Numbered from the stretch's first letter, positions 47,601-56,548 are shown. The stretch: 64,000 nt of DNA from an uncultured Verrucomicrobiales bacterium (GCA_937885815.1 CALABM010000065.1:30710-94709); one strand, 5' to 3'. Numbers and translations are program-made. The notes: generated from the sequence alone by a model not told the origin.

Positions 47601-47786
47601 AATGTTTTGATTATAACAATACGGCAGAATATTTGTAATATCGTTAGTCAAAACAGAGTGATACCCATCAGGAATGTTGAACCCATCCGATGCCTCCGCG
47701 TAGCTATTACAAAGAGCACATCCAAGCAAACCCAACATTACCTTTCGGAGAGCCTTAAACAATTGAATAGGAAGATGAAGCTTCAT
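44643..47786 (-). CDS. large PEP-CTERM-anchored surface protein with Pmp-type (GGAI / FxxN) repeats
   Basis: 1047 aa with an N-terminal signal. Repeats GGAFFF, GGAIYS, GGAIWA, GAAIYL and FQQNY, FDSNF, FRGNY, FEKNY. The C-terminus is VPEPTTATLSLVALAALAMRRRRA. Confidence 0.8.
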   Translation of the reverse strand: MKLHLPIQLFKALRKVMLGLLGCALCNSYAEASDGFNIPDGYHSVLTNDITNILPYCYNQNIHPSDENMELSVAFKFVESNDVYTFDNIGQELIAGVSLSYYWLFTGQEPVGNQTHLSFSDNTGLIFRLEVGSLIKFKNLSSVSFNSNSGNTEGSITSTTRTLLYGHPPVEYHAFIFDEVKEVNVIKNSCTSDVNGAYGGAFFFAENQTYANDVYKGWEFTLRNNGHITFQQNYATSKVGAAVGGAIYSPYNGSLNIVNNEQVCFDSNFTHSSAEQQASSGSRGGAIWAGTLSINNNDQVVFRGNYVESEGGEAVGAAIYLSQNKSNLEILGNHSVRFEKNYENQDGVYRMRALYTLGDETSVLKISAADRGEVLFYDSIYCHAGTEFALNNAYRDSNGDLQKATGDIIFSGSMVETHLQDVKGGIQGTSQEILNSRTSIVNMMTNLYGGRLRIEDGAIYQGHGVTVADGANATLLLKNGELNQSGYGVTISSGSTLSALGENTITASTLKIQDGGTLQLALDMAQIDSAAVLTTTGGLSMNNIMFDLTGTEYLTKGEYKLITRTEGYSCDISGWTLNGVTSDQLRWEDGTLYYTGGHDWNHGVTDDDDISDLEEILGNLVVNGGDITLEAVVGAIQDAVDAGFGHGVGHIVINRGGIHITGAGDLDGHIIFNGDLKDIRKLFIEKDITSIKIDLAGSSQAENIVDVGDGYSVEVDELSGDGSMDKTGEGSMVIRGKGHKVGGTLSVQEGSLTFSVGDDSAGEPAESTAEIRELLVGNEDGGDVELTIDENSRVTGEKLHINGSHTVVTNEGTMEFTEEVRVNNGHLNNHGHISRVILENGKVSGSGSFAGLNMNGGELVVGNSPGLQVYTDDVELTEGVVTFSLADAGAAATVDTYGWASAAYSTIDMGGNALTLGENIEFVLEIGGAALGALVAEDGASLTFSLSLIQNIASESLTLDAAALSDLLANTAIIITGDADGLSAATLHLAGKDITSLLSDADYVIEGNTLVFRGTVTNDGSLTVPEPTTATLSLVALAALAMRRRRA

Positions 47787-47813
47787 GAGAAAAAAAGTTC
47801 GTTAGCGTTGTTA

Positions 47814-47843
47814 AGTATACAAGTTACGCGCCTTCACTGTCAA
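47814..47843 (-). promoter_or_regulatory. sigma-70 promoter TTGACA-18-TATACT for the PEP-CTERM gene
   Basis: Consensus -35 and a 5/6 match at -10. Leaves a leader of about 20 nt with no SD. Confidence 0.5.
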
Positions 47844-47904
47844 GGGAAAAATCCGGGATTCAAGTTGTAAAATTTAGTGCGACATCTGAAAGCACAAAGA
47901 TAAG

Positions 47905-47942
47905 CAGCACCCCTGCCGCAGATAAAGCGTGCAGGGGTGCTG
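47905..47942 (-). terminator. probable rho-independent terminator of the 47974-49809 gene
   Basis: 12-bp stem CAGCACCCCTGC/GCAGGGGTGCTG. The minus strand is followed by an interrupted U-rich tract. Confidence 0.5.
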
Positions 47943-47973
47943 TGAGATTCATTCAAAGCTGCAGGGCGCAGAA

Positions 47974-49809
47974 TTAATGCTCTGCGGCAGCTTCCTTTTT
48001 AGAGAGGATTTCATCAGCAGTCGGGGCATCCTCATAAGTGCTGAGGCGGAATGTTCTCCATACCTCAGAGGAGGTCTCTGCACGACGTTTCACATCACCC
48101 GCGGCGCTGAATATTTCTTTGTATAGGCGATTATCATTTTTATCCTGACTATATACATACCAAGCAAAGGCGAGATTTTCTCTCACGTCAAAGCAGCCGG
48201 AGCGGAACTCTTCCGGGGTAAACATCCAGTGGGTGTGAGTCTTCACCCCCCAAAGGTTCAAGTTCCCTGCGAGGCGTGCGGGGCTGTATGAAGAGAAGAT
48301 GATAGCCAGAACAATCATCGTTCCGAAGCAGATTCTGACGTGCTTCCAGAACCTACCCCCGGAAACCATATACATGATGAGAATAACAAGGCCAATCAGG
48401 CCCATGAACATGGCCTCTGCAGCCTGAATACGTTGCGGCGTGAAACCGAAGGTATCAACCTGGTGATAAAGGCGAAGGAAGACACTCACGGCCAACATTG
48501 CCGTCTGCAGCACAAGCAGATACCCGAAGAAAAGTCCCGGCACCGTGGTACGGGCTACGCCCCTGCGGCGGAACAGAAGCACCAGTACCGCCGTAGCCAG
48601 ACAGGAAGCCCACATGATGGATTCTGCGCCCTTGTACAGGTAACTCGTGGCGGAAATTCCCTCCGGTACTTTGTTAAACCAGAGATAAGCCACATCCGTA
48701 GCCGTGACAATGGCAAAAGCAGCGTTGATACCAATGAGAATGCTGACGGGAAGATATGGCAGCATGAAGAAACGAGGCTTTTCTGGCTGTGCCATAGCCG
48801 GTTCAGGTGAGGCAGAAGCGCGGCGCAAACAGTATAACCCGAAAACAATAAAGCCAAGCAACCAGTGCAGCCCATGCTTCCACCATTCATTATTAAGAGA
48901 AATGAACTTCACTACCTCATTCCACCATTCAAGAATGGCAGCCCACACCTGCATAACCACCGGATTCTCTCCGGAGAATATACTCAAGAAGAAAACGAAG
49001 AACGACAAGCATACCAGCAAACAGATAAACAACTGCAAAACAACCCGCAGACCGGGGAACGCTGTTTTTTTGCCGGATATCGATGAGCGAGCAGCCAGCC
49101 AGTAGCCCCACCATGTGCGATAACGGGTAAAAGCATCACCTCCGCGAGAATTACGGCTGGGGAGAATAAGGACGCAAAGAGGCAGAATGAAACTCAGAAT
49201 GCAGTTCACGAATGAACCATTCATGACAAGAGCCAGCATATTCACACAGGAAAATGCATGCAGGAAACAATACTCCCCCCTGCTGAAATCTGTACGCAGC
49301 AGCAGAAGAGCACTCACCCACAGATAACACCCCAAACCGGCACCCAACCCAACATATGAATCATAAGGCCACATCAAATCCGCCGCAGCGCATACCATCA
49401 CAAGTACAAGCAGCGGCACAATTCCCCTATGCCACCACACGGGGTCAGAGATAGTGGGCGTTGCGGGAGACGGTTGAACGGGAACAGAAGGTATAGCGGG
49501 AAGAGTAGGGGCTGCGGGCTGAGCAGGAACAGCAGGAAGAACGGGAGGAGCTGCGGGCTGAGCAGGTGCTACAGAGGCCTCGGGAATAGGAGGAAGCTCA
49601 GAAAGAGGCGCCTCAGCGGCAGTTGGCGTAGCAGCTGCGGCATCATCCGCCTTCGGAGCATCCGCAGTGGCAGCAGCAGCCTTTGGGGCATCCGCAGTGG
49701 CAGCAGCAGCCTTTGGGGCATCAGCCTGAAGCGCAGTCGGCGGGATAGTAACCTTTATCTCATCCGGGCTATTAGGCTCTGGAGGAAGAGGAGTTGTTGA
49801 TTCTTGCAT
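47974..49809 (-). CDS. large polytopic membrane protein with Pro/Ala-rich N-terminal region (DUF4173-like, unverified)
   Basis: 611 aa. About 120 aa of low-complexity P/A-rich sequence, then at least 10 hydrophobic helices. Confidence 0.6.
   Translation of the reverse strand: MQESTTPLPPEPNSPDEIKVTIPPTALQADAPKAAAATADAPKAAAATADAPKADDAAAATPTAAEAPLSELPPIPEASVAPAQPAAPPVLPAVPAQPAAPTLPAIPSVPVQPSPATPTISDPVWWHRGIVPLLVLVMVCAAADLMWPYDSYVGLGAGLGCYLWVSALLLLRTDFSRGEYCFLHAFSCVNMLALVMNGSFVNCILSFILPLCVLILPSRNSRGGDAFTRYRTWWGYWLAARSSISGKKTAFPGLRVVLQLFICLLVCLSFFVFFLSIFSGENPVVMQVWAAILEWWNEVVKFISLNNEWWKHGLHWLLGFIVFGLYCLRRASASPEPAMAQPEKPRFFMLPYLPVSILIGINAAFAIVTATDVAYLWFNKVPEGISATSYLYKGAESIMWASCLATAVLVLLFRRRGVARTTVPGLFFGYLLVLQTAMLAVSVFLRLYHQVDTFGFTPQRIQAAEAMFMGLIGLVILIMYMVSGGRFWKHVRICFGTMIVLAIIFSSYSPARLAGNLNLWGVKTHTHWMFTPEEFRSGCFDVRENLAFAWYVYSQDKNDNRLYKEIFSAAGDVKRRAETSSEVWRTFRLSTYEDAPTADEILSKKEAAAEH
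49658..49717. repeat. exact 30-bp tandem duplication inside the coding sequence
   Basis: GCATCCGCAGTGGCAGCAGCAGCCTTTGGG occurs twice in tandem with degenerate flanking copies. It encodes (ADAPKAAAAT)n. Confidence 0.9.
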
Positions 49810-49853
49810 AATTGTGGGACGCTTAGTAGGTTAAAATGACAGGAAAGGGTTGT

Positions 49854-50798
49854 TCAGTTCAGAGTACCGGCGGCATAATCAGCGGCCATCAGGCCGGCCC
49901 CGATAAGACCGGAATCAGCCCCGAAGTGAGCAGGCAGGAGTTGCAGGGCTGCATAATGCACAGGGAAGAGTTGCGCCTTCAGGTGCTCGCGCAGCGGCTT
50001 GAAGAGCAAATCCCCGGCCTGGGCCACACCGCCACCAATGATGACAGCCTCAGGCACGATGGAATACATGAGATTCATGATGAGGGAAGAGAGCTTCTCC
50101 GCATACCCCTCATACAGCGAGCAAGCGATAGGGCATCCCTTCTGCGCTGCGAGTGTCAGCTGATAAGGCGTGCATTCCTCAGCCGTGCGGGTAATACCCG
50201 CCGCGGTATATGCCGCCACGGCGTCCGCGGCAAACTCATTATTGCCGATATATTCTTCAATAGCACCGCGGTTACCGAAGGGGCCGGTGCGCCCGCGCCA
50301 ATCAATGCAGGTTTGCCCCAGTTCTGCGGCTGAAACAGTTTTGCCGCGCAGCATGCGGTCATGAATGACGATACCACCGCCAATACCGGTACCGAGAGTA
50401 AGGCATGCGAGGCTTTCCAGCCCTCGGCCTGCGCCGAGCTTCCACTCGGCATATGTCATGCAGTTGGCATCATTATCCAGCACAACGGGCAGGCCCAGCG
50501 CCTGCTGCATGATATCACGCACGGGCACCTCGTGATTCCACACGGGAACATTAGTCAGCTGATACAGAACCCCCCGGTGAAAATCCGTCCAACCGGGCAT
50601 ACCGAGCCCCACAGCGGAGGCATCGGGATGGCGCTGCAGCAAATCACGGGCCGTGGCACACATGGCCTGAATGATGGCATCCGGGCTATCATAGGCAGCT
50701 GTGAGCAGGGGAGTGGCTTTCTCCAGAATGGAGCCACCCTGAGTCACGCCCATCTTAATGCTCGTTCCGCCGAAATCTGCTGCAATCGCCTTGTTCAT
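49854..50798 (-). CDS. ROK-family sugar kinase
   Basis: 314 aa. ATP-binding DFGGTSIK and LGTGIGGGIV. The canonical ROK CxCGxxGC zinc motif is not evident. Confidence 0.8.
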   Translation of the reverse strand: MNKAIAADFGGTSIKMGVTQGGSILEKATPLLTAAYDSPDAIIQAMCATARDLLQRHPDASAVGLGMPGWTDFHRGVLYQLTNVPVWNHEVPVRDIMQQALGLPVVLDNDANCMTYAEWKLGAGRGLESLACLTLGTGIGGGIVIHDRMLRGKTVSAAELGQTCIDWRGRTGPFGNRGAIEEYIGNNEFAADAVAAYTAAGITRTAEECTPYQLTLAAQKGCPIACSLYEGYAEKLSSLIMNLMYSIVPEAVIIGGGVAQAGDLLFKPLREHLKAQLFPVHYAALQLLPAHFGADSGLIGAGLMAADYAAGTLN

Positions 50799-50804
50799 AA
50801 CGCA

Positions 50805-52001
50805 TCAGTAGCCGTAATGAAGAGTAGGAGTCCCCATATCAATGGTACCGTCAGCCGGCACCTGACTCAGGTTAAAGGGAACACGCCAGCGGAAGCGGCT
50901 GCCTTCATTTGTCTGGATGAGGATGTCAAGAGCAATCGTGCCATCGTACACCTTCTTCAGCTCGGCAAGCTCAGCAAGGGGAATGTGCGCAAAAGCACCG
51001 GTCTTCCCCTCATGCGTGCGGCTCATAACGCATGCGAAAGCCACGGCATCATAATCCTGATTCACTTGGAAGGGCGGATCCTGCACGTAGGTGTTCACAT
51101 TAACCACGTTACCCTCCAGCTCAAGATACACTTCCAGCGCCTCACCCACTCGCTTGAAGTTAGCAGCATAAACAGTAGGAGGCGTTGTATTCGTATAAAA
51201 ACGCGTGGTGCAACCGGCCGGAGCAAATACCTCAGAATTCGCCAGAATACGGCAGCTCGCCAGTGTCATGTACGTGGGAGAATAGCCGAAGGTGTAATTG
51301 CCGGCCTCCATCAGCGGAGTTCCCATCTGGGCATTCTGGCTGGCTGTGCCATCGTTGTGCGGGAGATTCAGGCCATGCCCCAGCTCATGGGCAAAGCCTC
51401 CGAACCACTTGGTAAGCAGGCGACCTTCACGAGTTCTCTGCCCAAGGTGGCGAATATCAAAGTGGCCGTAGTCCAGAGCAAAACAGTTAGTACCCAGGCC
51501 GTAGAAAGGCACACCGCCGGGGTTAAGGTCATTGTACTTCTCGTCATAATGGGTAGGCATAATGACGAAGTTGTGCTGACTTGTGCGAAGCTCGGGGTGC
51601 TTGTCCAGATAGGCGTTCACCTCACGCAGGCAGTCGTTATGACCGGTGCCGTAAGCGTAGTGGGTATGCGGCTTTTCGCCGCGTATCAGAATGATGTTAA
51701 CATTACCATTCTCCTTAAGGACCAACCCGAAAGAGCGATTGCCAAGCCCATTTCTGGCCATTTCCTTGCCATAAAACTGCTGGACATAAATCAACAGCTC
51801 GCTGATGCGGCGCTCGTAATCAGCCAACGGCTCACGGTCATTACCTACAAAGTAGATAACATTGAGATGATTAGCGGTAGACTCCAGCTGAATGCTGTCT
51901 GCCAGAAGCTCCTGAGCTCGAGGTTGAAAATGTGAGGGAACAGCGCCCACGGCGGCTGTAGTCAGCCCCAGGGCACACATCGTGGCTATTATTGCGCGCA
52001 T
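50805..52001 (-). CDS. ogpA: exported metzincin-like zinc metallopeptidase, probable O-glycopeptidase OgpA homolog
   Basis: HELGHGLNLPH (HExxHxxxxxH). Counting from the second ATG (52001) the motif is H205-E206-...-H209-...-H215. This matches my recollection of the Akkermansia OgpA catalytic residues (H205/E206), which is unverified. Confidence 0.6.
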   Translation of the reverse strand: MRAIIATMCALGLTTAAVGAVPSHFQPRAQELLADSIQLESTANHLNVIYFVGNDREPLADYERRISELLIYVQQFYGKEMARNGLGNRSFGLVLKENGNVNIILIRGEKPHTHYAYGTGHNDCLREVNAYLDKHPELRTSQHNFVIMPTHYDEKYNDLNPGGVPFYGLGTNCFALDYGHFDIRHLGQRTREGRLLTKWFGGFAHELGHGLNLPHNDGTASQNAQMGTPLMEAGNYTFGYSPTYMTLASCRILANSEVFAPAGCTTRFYTNTTPPTVYAANFKRVGEALEVYLELEGNVVNVNTYVQDPPFQVNQDYDAVAFACVMSRTHEGKTGAFAHIPLAELAELKKVYDGTIALDILIQTNEGSRFRWRVPFNLSQVPADGTIDMGTPTLHYGY

Positions 52002-52016
52002 GTGCATATGTGCACT

Positions 52017-52044
52017 ATTCTGACAGGATTTTTTAAAAAGTCAA
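52017..52044 (-). promoter_or_regulatory. sigma-70-like promoter TTGACT-16-CAGAAT upstream of the ogpA-like gene
   Basis: Nine nt before the first ATG (52007). The repeated motif TTCTGAC(N0-2)AGGA at 52018-52028 overlaps the -10, and a second copy lies at 52058-52070. Confidence 0.35.
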
Positions 52045-52150
52045 GCTCGGTTTTCTTTTCTGACTCAGGATGAAGCTCTTAATCAAACATCTCTCATACC
52101 TCAGAAAACATCAACCTCCGCAGGCTGAAGATTCATCAAATTACTTGCAG

Positions 52151-53035
52151 TCAATCATGACGATAATCCGTGCAGTAGTTCCGCACAGCTGCATGCAAGG
52201 CTTCTTGTGTTAATGCGACAAAGTTCAGAGGCGGAAGCATATCCCGCAATTTAGTGGCCGCATTATAACGAATGCGTTCCGTCAGCCTTGACGTCAGCCC
52301 CTCCGCATGCAAAACGATGAGTTCCGGGCTATGTGTGCAAGTGATAGTGACGAGCAAGCGGGCAATCATCTCTTCCAGCAAGCTGCGGTCGCTGTAATCC
52401 AGAGTGGCCCAGTCTGCCGGCATAGGCAAAAGGTGCAGGGGGCCACACTCCCGCAACTCCCCGCGGCGATAAATGGAGCAGGTAGGAACCCCGCTCTGAG
52501 GCAGACAAATGGTGGCCGTGTTCTCGGCTGTTTTATCTGCAAGTAGTGAGGCCAAGCAGGGGCGGTTTACACAGCAGCCATATCGATGGCGGAGGTGAGC
52601 GCTTAGCTCCCTCGGTGATAGAGTTTCTACAGTCGGCAGAAGAGTGATACTCCGCAGGCGCTTTCCTCGCAGCATCTCATCCAGCAGCCCATCCAGACTT
52701 TCTACATCAAGGTACGCAAAACTTGCAGCTCTCCGCTTCACCTCAGCCCCATGCAAATCCATTAACGTAAGTTCACAGCAAAGAAGATTTCCCGCCCTCT
52801 TCCCCTCAATGAGCGCATGCAACGCATGACCGGCGTAGTAGCGGTACAACTGCACCGGTCGTCCCCCGGCAGAGGGAACTTCTCCCACGGCGTGAATCTC
52901 ACCCCGACGGCTCAACGCGGCAACAGCTTTCCCCACCGTCACAAGGCTCAACCCTGTGGCGGCTGCCAGCTGAGGGCGGGTGGCTTCTCCACGCTCATGC
53001 ATCAATTTCAGCACGCTTTGCTCTGCTTTGGCCAT
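52151..53035 (-). CDS. ROK-family-like transcriptional regulator (wHTH plus shortened sugar-kinase-like domain)
   Basis: 294 aa. The N-terminal wHTH QLAAATGLSLVTVGKAVAALSRRGEI is typical of ROK repressors. The C-terminal domain is shorter than usual and has no ATP motif. Confidence 0.6.
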   Translation of the reverse strand: MAKAEQSVLKLMHERGEATRPQLAAATGLSLVTVGKAVAALSRRGEIHAVGEVPSAGGRPVQLYRYYAGHALHALIEGKRAGNLLCCELTLMDLHGAEVKRRAASFAYLDVESLDGLLDEMLRGKRLRSITLLPTVETLSPRELSAHLRHRYGCCVNRPCLASLLADKTAENTATICLPQSGVPTCSIYRRGELRECGPLHLLPMPADWATLDYSDRSLLEEMIARLLVTITCTHSPELIVLHAEGLTSRLTERIRYNAATKLRDMLPPLNFVALTQEALHAAVRNYCTDYRHD

Positions 53036-53181
53036 CTTACTTTATAAACTCGGTTAATTAAGTATAAACCACAATCCTATGTTTGACAAGCACAAAATAC
53101 AACACATTGATAATGCGCGCCGTACAATCACAACAAAGAAACACACATGAGACTTAGCGAGAAGAAACAAGTGGGCAACAC

Positions 53182-53210
53182 TCGACAGGCAGATAGCTAT
53201 CTGTTAAAAT
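53182..53210 (+). promoter_or_regulatory. sigma-70-like promoter TCGACA-17-TAAAAT for pyrG, with a palindrome in the spacer
   Basis: The perfect 14-bp palindrome CAGATAGCTATCTG (53190-53203) fills the spacer. The leader is about 33 nt. Confidence 0.4.
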
Positions 53211-53249
53211 AAGGGGCGTTAAGAACCTTTCACAAACAAATACACATAT

Positions 53250-54863
53250 ATGAAATACATCTTTGTAACCGGCGGCGTAGTATCCTCTCTGGGTAAAGGC
53301 CTTGCGGCAGCTTCCATCGGCACATTGCTTGAGCACTGTGGTCTGGACGTGACCATGCAGAAGTTTGACCCCTATCTGAACATCGACCCCGGCACCATGA
53401 GCCCCTACCAGCACGGTGAGGTGTACGTGCTGAATGACGGCGCTGAGACGGATTTGGACCTCGGCCACTATGAGCGTTTCATCCACTGCCAGCTCTCCCG
53501 CCTGAATAACCTGACCAGCGGTAAGGTGTTCGAGCACGTGCTGGAGAAGGAGCGCCGCGGTGATTACCTCGGAAAGACCGTGCAGTACATCCCGCACGTG
53601 ACGGACGAGATTAAGCAGCGCCTTTATGACCTGACAGAGGCCAACAAGGAGTGCGACGTCATCATCACAGAAATCGGTGGTACCGTGGGTGATATCGAGG
53701 GTTACCTCTTCTTGGAAGCCCTGCGTCAGTTTGCTCTGGAAGTTGGCAGACACAACTGCTGTTTCATCCATGTGACCCTGCTGCCCTACATCAAGGCCGC
53801 CGGTGAGACGAAGACCAAGCCCACCCAGCAGAGTGTGGCCAAGCTGCGCGAAATCGGTATCCAGCCTGATATCATCGTGTGCCGCACCGAGATGGACAAC
53901 CTTACGGATGAAGAGAAGCGCAAGATTGGTATGTTCTGTAACGTATCTCCGCGCAACGTGGTGGCCTTCTGCGACGTGAAGCACAGCATTTACGAATGCC
54001 CGCTGGATTTAGGCCGCGACCGCGTGGATCGCATCGTCACGGAGGTGCTGGGCATCACCGTTCCCAAGCCTAAGATGGATGAGTGGCAGAAGTTCGTGGG
54101 CCGCGTGATTCACCCCTCTCACAGCGTACGTATCGCCGTGGTGGGCAAGTACATCTCCCTGCAGGACGCCTATAAGTCCATTTACGAAAGCTTCACCCAC
54201 GCCGGTGCCGCTAATGACTGCCGCGTGGAAATCGTCCGCGTGGATGCCGAGGCGCTGGAAAGCGGCAGCTGCGAGGCGCTCATCGGTGATGTGGACGGCA
54301 TTCTGGTGCCGGGCGGCTTCGGCGAGCGTGGCGTAGAGGGCAAGATTATGGCTGTGCAGTATGCTCGCGAGAAGGGCATTCCCTTCTTCGGTATTTGCCT
54401 TGGCATGCAGGTGGCCGTTATCGAGTTCGCCCGCAATGTCCTCGGCCTGAAGGACGCCAACTCCACCGAGTTCGACAAGAGCACTCAGAGCCCCGTCATC
54501 TGCCTACAGGAAGAGCAGAAGACCATCACGAACATGGGTGCCACCATGCGCTTGGGTGCTTACCCCGCACACATCCAGCCCGGCAGCCTCTGCAGCAAGC
54601 TGTACGGAGGCGCCGAGATTATCTCCGAGCGTCACCGCCACCGCTATGAGTTCAATGCGGACTTCCGCGAAACCTGCGAGAAGGCCGGCTTGGTCATCTC
54701 CGCGGTGAATGATGAACATGGTCTGGTGGAAGTAGTGGAGCTGCCCACGCACCCGTACTTCATCGCCTGCCAGTACCACCCCGAGTTCCAGAGCCGTCCC
54801 ACGGCACCGCATCCGCTCTTCAATGGGTTGGTGGCAGCCGCTCTGGAGAAAAAGCAGGGCTAA
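53250..54863 (+). CDS. pyrG: CTP synthase
   Basis: 537 aa. N-terminus [17 protein letters not shown] and GATase context GICLGMQ. Confidence 0.95.
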   Translation: MKYIFVTGGVVSSLGKGLAAASIGTLLEHCGLDVTMQKFDPYLNIDPGTMSPYQHGEVYVLNDGAETDLDLGHYERFIHCQLSRLNNLTSGKVFEHVLEKERRGDYLGKTVQYIPHVTDEIKQRLYDLTEANKECDVIITEIGGTVGDIEGYLFLEALRQFALEVGRHNCCFIHVTLLPYIKAAGETKTKPTQQSVAKLREIGIQPDIIVCRTEMDNLTDEEKRKIGMFCNVSPRNVVAFCDVKHSIYECPLDLGRDRVDRIVTEVLGITVPKPKMDEWQKFVGRVIHPSHSVRIAVVGKYISLQDAYKSIYESFTHAGAANDCRVEIVRVDAEALESGSCEALIGDVDGILVPGGFGERGVEGKIMAVQYAREKGIPFFGICLGMQVAVIEFARNVLGLKDANSTEFDKSTQSPVICLQEEQKTITNMGATMRLGAYPAHIQPGSLCSKLYGGAEIISERHRHRYEFNADFRETCEKAGLVISAVNDEHGLVEVVELPTHPYFIACQYHPEFQSRPTAPHPLFNGLVAAALEKKQG

Positions 54864-54882
54864 TAAGGAACAACTTACGAGT

Positions 54883-54923
54883 CGACGGTCAGAGCCGGAA
54901 AGGCCTGGCCGTCGGCCCTTTTT
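54883..54923 (+). terminator. rho-independent terminator of pyrG
   Basis: 13-bp stem (one bulge) CGACGGTCAG(A)GCC/GGCCTGGCCGTCG with loop GGAAA, followed by GCCCTTTTT. Confidence 0.7.
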
Positions 54924-54938
54924 CGTTTATCTGCATCT

Positions 54939-56534
54939 ATGATTGATATTCTGGTAGTACTGGCATACTTCTGCGCCATTTTCGGCATCGGTCTGTACGT
55001 AGGCCGCAAGCAGGAAAGCCTGGAAAGCTACGCCCTCGGTAACAGGAATCTCCCTTGGTGGGCTATCCTTGCCTCTATTCTCGCCGCTGAAATCAGCGCC
55101 GCTACCTTCCTCGGCGCTCCCGGAGAAGGCTTCGCCCTGCGAAACTTTACCTACGCACAGCTCGCTATCGGTACCATTCTAGGCCGCATCATTGTGGGCC
55201 GTCTTTTCCTGAAGCCTTATTATCAATACAATGTCGTATCCATTTACGAGTATCTGGAGAAACGCTTCGGGCTGAGCACACGCCGCTGGGCTAGTATCAC
55301 TTTCCTCATCAGCCGTGTGCTGGCAAGTGGCACTCGCCTTTTCTTCGCGGGCATTCTGCTCGTCATCGCGTACATGATGATTACCGGGCAGGAAAGTGCC
55401 GGGCAGGTGGAAACCGTAGTCATTTACATTGCCGCGCTCACCTTCATCACCATTGCCACGGCAATATATACCACGCTGGGCGGTCTGAAAGCCGTGGTGT
55501 GGACGGACGTGCTGCAGGCTTCCATTCTCGCCATCTCGCTCATCACAACTATCGGCGTTCTTCTCTTCAGCATCAAGGCCGGTGGGAGCTGGAGTGAGGC
55601 ATGGGATGCCATCTGCTACCACCTCGGGAACAAGGATTATAATCCCTGTAAGATTGAGAACCTGAAGCCTTGGGCCTTCTTCGACGGCGGTATGACCGGA
55701 CAGGGACTCATAGCGGACATCAAGAACATCCTCGGCAGTGAATATACCCTGTGGTCGGCCATTCTCGGCTCCACGTTCATCACCATGGCCACCCATGGTA
55801 CGGATCAGGACATGGTGCAGCGTATGCTGGCCGCTCCGGACAGCAAGAAGGGCGCTAAGGCCGTGATTCTTTCCGGGCTTATGGATATGCCCATCGTGCT
55901 CGTGTTTATCTCCTGCGGCATGTTGCTCTTCGTCTACTTCGCACAAAACGGCATCACGCCGCCAGAGAAGCAGATTGAGATATTCCCCTGGTTCATCATT
56001 CACTGTCTGCCGGCCGGTGTGCGCGGACTTCTGGTGGCGGCTCTTCTGGCCACAGCCATGGGCTCGCTCTCCACAGCGCTGAATGCTTTGGCCACGACGG
56101 CCACGCGTGATTGGTACGTGGACGTATTCCGCCCGCAGGCCACACAGGGGCAACAGCTGCGTGCCGTGCGTTTGCTCACCGTATTCTTTGCCGCTCTCCT
56201 CATTCTTGTGGGCGCAGGCACGGCTTGGCTCACGGTGATGGACCCGACTGTGCGCATTCTTCCCATCGCACTGGGCATCTTCGGGTACACGTACGGCTCG
56301 CTGCTAGGCATCTTCCTGCTCGGCATGTTGACCCGCAGCCGCGGTAATGATATGGGCAACATTCTTGCTATGATTGCCGGCTTTGCCACAGTTATCACGC
56401 TGGAGGTGCTCACCCGCTGTGATGCCATCCCCGCCATTGCTTTCCCGTGGCGCGTGACCATCGGCACCATCGCCACCTTCGCGGTGGGCTGCTGCTTCCG
56501 CACACCGCAGCTGCTCATCAGGAAAGACAAGTAA
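54939..56534 (+). CDS. sodium:solute symporter (SSS) family transporter
   Basis: 531 aa, about 13-14 TM helices. Overall resemblance to the SSS family. Confidence 0.8.
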   Translation: MIDILVVLAYFCAIFGIGLYVGRKQESLESYALGNRNLPWWAILASILAAEISAATFLGAPGEGFALRNFTYAQLAIGTILGRIIVGRLFLKPYYQYNVVSIYEYLEKRFGLSTRRWASITFLISRVLASGTRLFFAGILLVIAYMMITGQESAGQVETVVIYIAALTFITIATAIYTTLGGLKAVVWTDVLQASILAISLITTIGVLLFSIKAGGSWSEAWDAICYHLGNKDYNPCKIENLKPWAFFDGGMTGQGLIADIKNILGSEYTLWSAILGSTFITMATHGTDQDMVQRMLAAPDSKKGAKAVILSGLMDMPIVLVFISCGMLLFVYFAQNGITPPEKQIEIFPWFIIHCLPAGVRGLLVAALLATAMGSLSTALNALATTATRDWYVDVFRPQATQGQQLRAVRLLTVFFAALLILVGAGTAWLTVMDPTVRILPIALGIFGYTYGSLLGIFLLGMLTRSRGNDMGNILAMIAGFATVITLEVLTRCDAIPAIAFPWRVTIGTIATFAVGCCFRTPQLLIRKDK

Positions 56535-56548
56535 CAGAGTTATAACAC

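Noticed and set aside
49620-49740. Repeat array as a possible CRISPR
   Set aside because: There are only two exact 30-bp copies, directly adjacent with no spacers. They are in-frame within a coding region and encode a Pro/Ala-rich peptide repeat.
50361-51935. 524-aa plus-strand ORF
   Set aside because: It lies antisense across two well-supported minus-strand genes (the ROK kinase and the OgpA-like peptidase). Its low-complexity, Arg/His/Gly-rich composition is typical of shadow ORFs in GC-rich coding DNA.
53205-53249. Bacillus-type pyrG reiterative-transcription attenuator
   Set aside because: A G-run followed by C is present at the predicted TSS. However, the 33-nt leader is A/C-rich with no terminator hairpin, so the known attenuation mechanism cannot operate as described.
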